Of a DNA stretch of 64,000 bases, positions 61,300 through 64,000 are shown piece by piece. Both the position numbers and the translations under genes were made by a program. Below the pieces are notes generated by a model that worked only from the letters and a program-made list of their open reading frames with translations, was not told the origin of the DNA and did not search any database. Every line of letters starts with the position of its first letter. Within the stretch, counting starts at the first letter, position 1. Origin of the DNA: a bacterium (GTDB lineage Bacteria; UBA8248); NCBI GenBank assembly GCA_965213625.1, contig CBDBZU010000004.1, forward strand, positions 2,112,001 through 2,176,000. The letters run 5' to 3'.

Positions 61300-61470
61300 A
61301 TGACTGCCGTAATGATCGAAATCGCCGTTTTCGGAATCGCCATCTTGGTTTACATCTACAAGCTTGATGGGCGTATATCGTCCCTAGAAGCATCTCTCGG
61401 TTCCCGAATATCACGTCTCGAAGGTATGTTTGAAGGCCTTCTGGCGGGACAAAAATTACATCAACCATAG
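61300..61470 (+). CDS. Small single-TM hypothetical protein
   Basis: GAGGAG upstream; hydrophobic N-terminus then RISSLE/RISRLE repeat. Confidence 0.5.
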   Translation: MTAVMIEIAVFGIAILVYIYKLDGRISSLEASLGSRISRLEGMFEGLLAGQKLHQP

Positions 61471-61504
61471 AGATTTCGCGCGAAACTCCCGCAACCCCGA
61501 ACGC

Positions 61505-62197
61505 CTAGTCAACGACGGCCACGGCCCGGCAGGGGGAGCCTTCGATCCCCGGCATCTTGAGCGGCAGCGCGATGACCTCGAAGCGCTCCTGCGGTATGGC
61601 GGAGAGGTTCGTCATGTGCTCGATCTGGATGATCCCGTTTCCCAGCAGCGTCCTGTGGACGGCATAGTTCTCGGGCACGTTCTCGGGAATCTTCTTGACT
61701 TCCTCTTCCTGGAGAAAATCGAAGCCTGCGGCCTTCACCCCCTTGTCCACGAGCCACCTGGCGCCGTCGCCGGTGAGAAAGGGGGAATTCCTCAGATAAG
61801 CGTCTGTACCCCAGAATTTGTCCGTAAAATCGGTGCGCAGAAGCACGATGTCGTTTTCCCGCACGAGTCCCGCATGCGCCTCTAAATCCTCAGCCGAGAT
61901 TGCCTCATCCGCCCCCTTGGATGAGAAATCGAGCAGACAGGCCGGTCCCATGAAGCGATCGAGTTCCACCTCGTCTGTCGTCTTCCCCCAGCGGTAGATG
62001 TGGCGCGGGCAATCGAGGTGCGTTCCCGCATGGGCGAATATGGAGAGCCAGCTGTCGACGAATACCACGTCGGGTTCTTTTTTTGGGGGGAAGAACTTGC
62101 GCCGCACGGAGGTTTCGGCGTTCATCATCTTGCCCACGGCGGCCGCCACAGGGTCCATTTCGTCGTAGTGGGCGAGACTCAAATCGATAATGGGCAT
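61505..62197 (-). CDS. Cyclase/kynurenine formamidase family protein
   Basis: IIDLS, HAGTHLD.P.H, EH..NL, GSP.RAVA. Confidence 0.92.
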   Translation of the reverse strand: MPIIDLSLAHYDEMDPVAAAVGKMMNAETSVRRKFFPPKKEPDVVFVDSWLSIFAHAGTHLDCPRHIYRWGKTTDEVELDRFMGPACLLDFSSKGADEAISAEDLEAHAGLVRENDIVLLRTDFTDKFWGTDAYLRNSPFLTGDGARWLVDKGVKAAGFDFLQEEEVKKIPENVPENYAVHRTLLGNGIIQIEHMTNLSAIPQERFEVIALPLKMPGIEGSPCRAVAVVD

Positions 62198-62306
62198 GCG
62201 TGTTCCTTTCCGTATGAGCGTACGTGAGCCATCGTCTGTTCGTGAGTGAGGTCCATCCTGTCATAAAGACGGCTTTTTGAGAAACTTTGATGGGGGCAAG
62301 TCCTGT

Positions 62307-62535
62307 GGGGCTGATGAAAAAGGCCTCTCCGCCTCATCCTGAGTAGCGGCGAAGCCGCGTATCGAAGGATGCCCTCTCGCTCCCCGGCGCGTGGCGTTCG
62401 ACTCCCCTCGCCCTTCGATACACCGCCTTCGGCGGCTACTCAGGGTGAGGGAAAAGCGCCCCATTCAGGGCGGTGAGCGAACCGATAAACTCTCTCTTCT
62501 TCGTGGTTCTCTAAACAGGGTTTTTCAGCAGCCCA
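62307..62535. mobile_element. MITE-like element with inverted termini, CTGT direct repeat and a long internal palindrome
   Basis: GGGCTGATGAAAAA ... TTTTTCAGCAGCCC; CTGT at 62303-62306 and 62536-62539; internal CCTGAGTAGC..TATCGAAGG / CCTTCGATA..GCTACTCAGG. Confidence 0.7.
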
Positions 62536-62655
62536 CTGTCCGCCGCCTATGCTTTATCTAACCGCTTGCCCCGGTGAGGACGCATCGCTTCTCACGCTCC
62601 AGTTTTCAGGATAGTATTTCCCTCATCCATCTAACGCCGACCGGAGGAAGAAGGG

Positions 62656-63480
62656 ATGAAAAAATCACTTAGCCCCGTTCTTCTCATATGTTTTCTGGCT
62701 GCGCCGGTTGTCGTTTCCGCCAAATGCTCACCTGGTCTGGTGCGCCACATGCCTTTCAGACGAGCGGCGCCCGTATCCTACGTCCAAGTGGCGAAGGCCC
62801 CGCGCCGGATCAGCGTCCAGTGGTTCGGCCACGCATTTTTCCGCATCATTTCCCCTCAGGGCATCCGAATCGTGACCGATCCGTTCTCCCCTCACCGGGG
62901 TTTTCCCATCCCGAAGACAAGCCCCCACGTGGCTACCACGAGCGAGGTGGCGATGAACCACAGTTCTGTCGAGGTGCTGGGTGGAACCCCTGTCGTCTTG
63001 AGCGGTGTACTGGAGCATGGAGAAAAATGGAACGAAGTGGATTACCGGAAAGGCGACGTGCGCATCAGAAACGTGCCCATCGTGCAGGGCGATGGGGCTG
63101 ACGAATTCGACGCAGGCGAATCGAAGGCCTCGTCTTTTCTGTTCGAGATGGGGGGTCTTTGCATCGCGCATCTCGGGGATCTGGGCTCACCCATGAACCC
63201 CGAGCAGTTGAGAAGGCTGGGGAAGATTCATGTGGCGCTGGCGATAATCTCTGACCCGGGGGCCATGAACCCGAGAATCATGGCGGATTTCGTCCGGAGG
63301 CTGAGCCCCAACGTCGCGATTCCGATGGACGTTCGCTCGCTCGAGGAGTTGAACGTATTTCTCGGTGCTTTCAGGCGCGTCAAGAGAATCGAGGGCGACA
63401 CCTACGTCTTCAGTCGCAGGACGCTGCCGCCCCCCACCGAGGTGGTGCTCATCAAGCACAAGGCTTGGGAGTGGAAATAG
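62656..63480 (+). CDS. Secreted MBL-fold protein with degenerate metal motif
   Basis: Signal peptide; WFGHA.F.I, I.TDPF, HLGDLG, P...IP. Confidence 0.82.
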   Translation: MKKSLSPVLLICFLAAPVVVSAKCSPGLVRHMPFRRAAPVSYVQVAKAPRRISVQWFGHAFFRIISPQGIRIVTDPFSPHRGFPIPKTSPHVATTSEVAMNHSSVEVLGGTPVVLSGVLEHGEKWNEVDYRKGDVRIRNVPIVQGDGADEFDAGESKASSFLFEMGGLCIAHLGDLGSPMNPEQLRRLGKIHVALAIISDPGAMNPRIMADFVRRLSPNVAIPMDVRSLEELNVFLGAFRRVKRIEGDTYVFSRRTLPPPTEVVLIKHKAWEWK

Positions 63481-63539
63481 GGAATACTTTGAGTCTCGTC
63501 TCGCTGGCATTCGCCGGAATGACGACTCTGGAATCGGTT

Positions 63540-63569
63540 CGTAGGGACAGGTCGCGACCTGTCCTTACG
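63540..63569. repeat. Single GTAG-footed palindrome (REP-like)
   Basis: CGTAGGGACAGGTCGCGACCTGTCCTTACG. Confidence 0.7.
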
Positions 63570-63769
63570 GGGTGGCAGTGTCTGTTTCTGGATGTCTTCA
63601 TTCCGAAATGAATCCATTCAGAACAGGCAATACCAGTTATTGATTTTACAATCACTCCCCTCAAGGGGGGAGTGGGTGTATTGCTAGATAAGCTGGGATG
63701 AGAAGACGATACAAATCTCTAATTAACTAAATAGGAACATATCAGACGAATCGAAACGCACTCGTCACT

Positions 63770-64000
63770 TCAGCTTTTCTCCACCTCCACGCGGTAGCTG
63801 TTGAACGTGGCGTTTTCGTATTCGGACAAGGCGTCGCCGGTAAGCTGGTTGGCCGCGCCGTCCTCGGGCAACCCGCCTGCAGGGACGTGCACGACTCCGG
63901 GCCTGATGCCCTCGCTCACCTTGGCCTCGAACACGGACTCTCCATAACCGTTTTTAAGACGCACGCTGTCGCCGTTTTCGATGCCCCGGGCGGCGGCGTC
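63770..64000 (-). CDS. Molybdopterin oxidoreductase C-terminal dinucleotide-binding domain (partial)
   Basis: DAAARGIENGDSVRL.N..G, IRPGVV, N.LT, V.V.K. Confidence 0.85.
   Translation of the reverse strand, partial: DAAARGIENGDSVRLKNGYGESVFEAKVSEGIRPGVVHVPAGGLPEDGAANQLTGDALSEYENATFNSYRVEVEKS

Overview
GC-rich bacterial chromosomal segment. The lineage cannot be fixed from sequence alone; the gene mix loosely suggests a Nitrospinota/Tectomicrobia/deltaproteobacteria-like organism (inference). Core genes: rnhB end, yraN, coaX, birA, valS, mltG, ruvX, TolC, ribF, tRNA-Leu(CAG), a heat-shock locus (clpB-dnaK-J protein-HspR-like-htpX-grpE-dnaJ), rpoZ, HU/IHF, queA, trmJ, korAB. Accessory genes: a long OmpA/MotB coiled-coil protein, MarR-LLM-cyclase, a molybdoenzyme/NrfD/TorD cluster, AttEFGH-like ABC-lipocalin genes, a four-domain rhodanese and others. 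Main signals missed by the ORF track: (1) two tail-to-tail probable selenoprotein genes at 18108-19930, an ArsC-like UxxC redoxin and a B12-radical SAM enzyme with a C-U-A-E-P tail. Each has an in-frame TGA followed by a similar SECIS-like hairpin, and an IscA/HesB gene lies upstream. (2) A dispersed family of GTAG-footed REP-like palindromes of three types that pair combinatorially and co-occur with IS-like termini (GGGTTGTTGAAAA). (3) An atypical receiver / acidic linker / PopZ-RomR-like protein directly upstream of valS.
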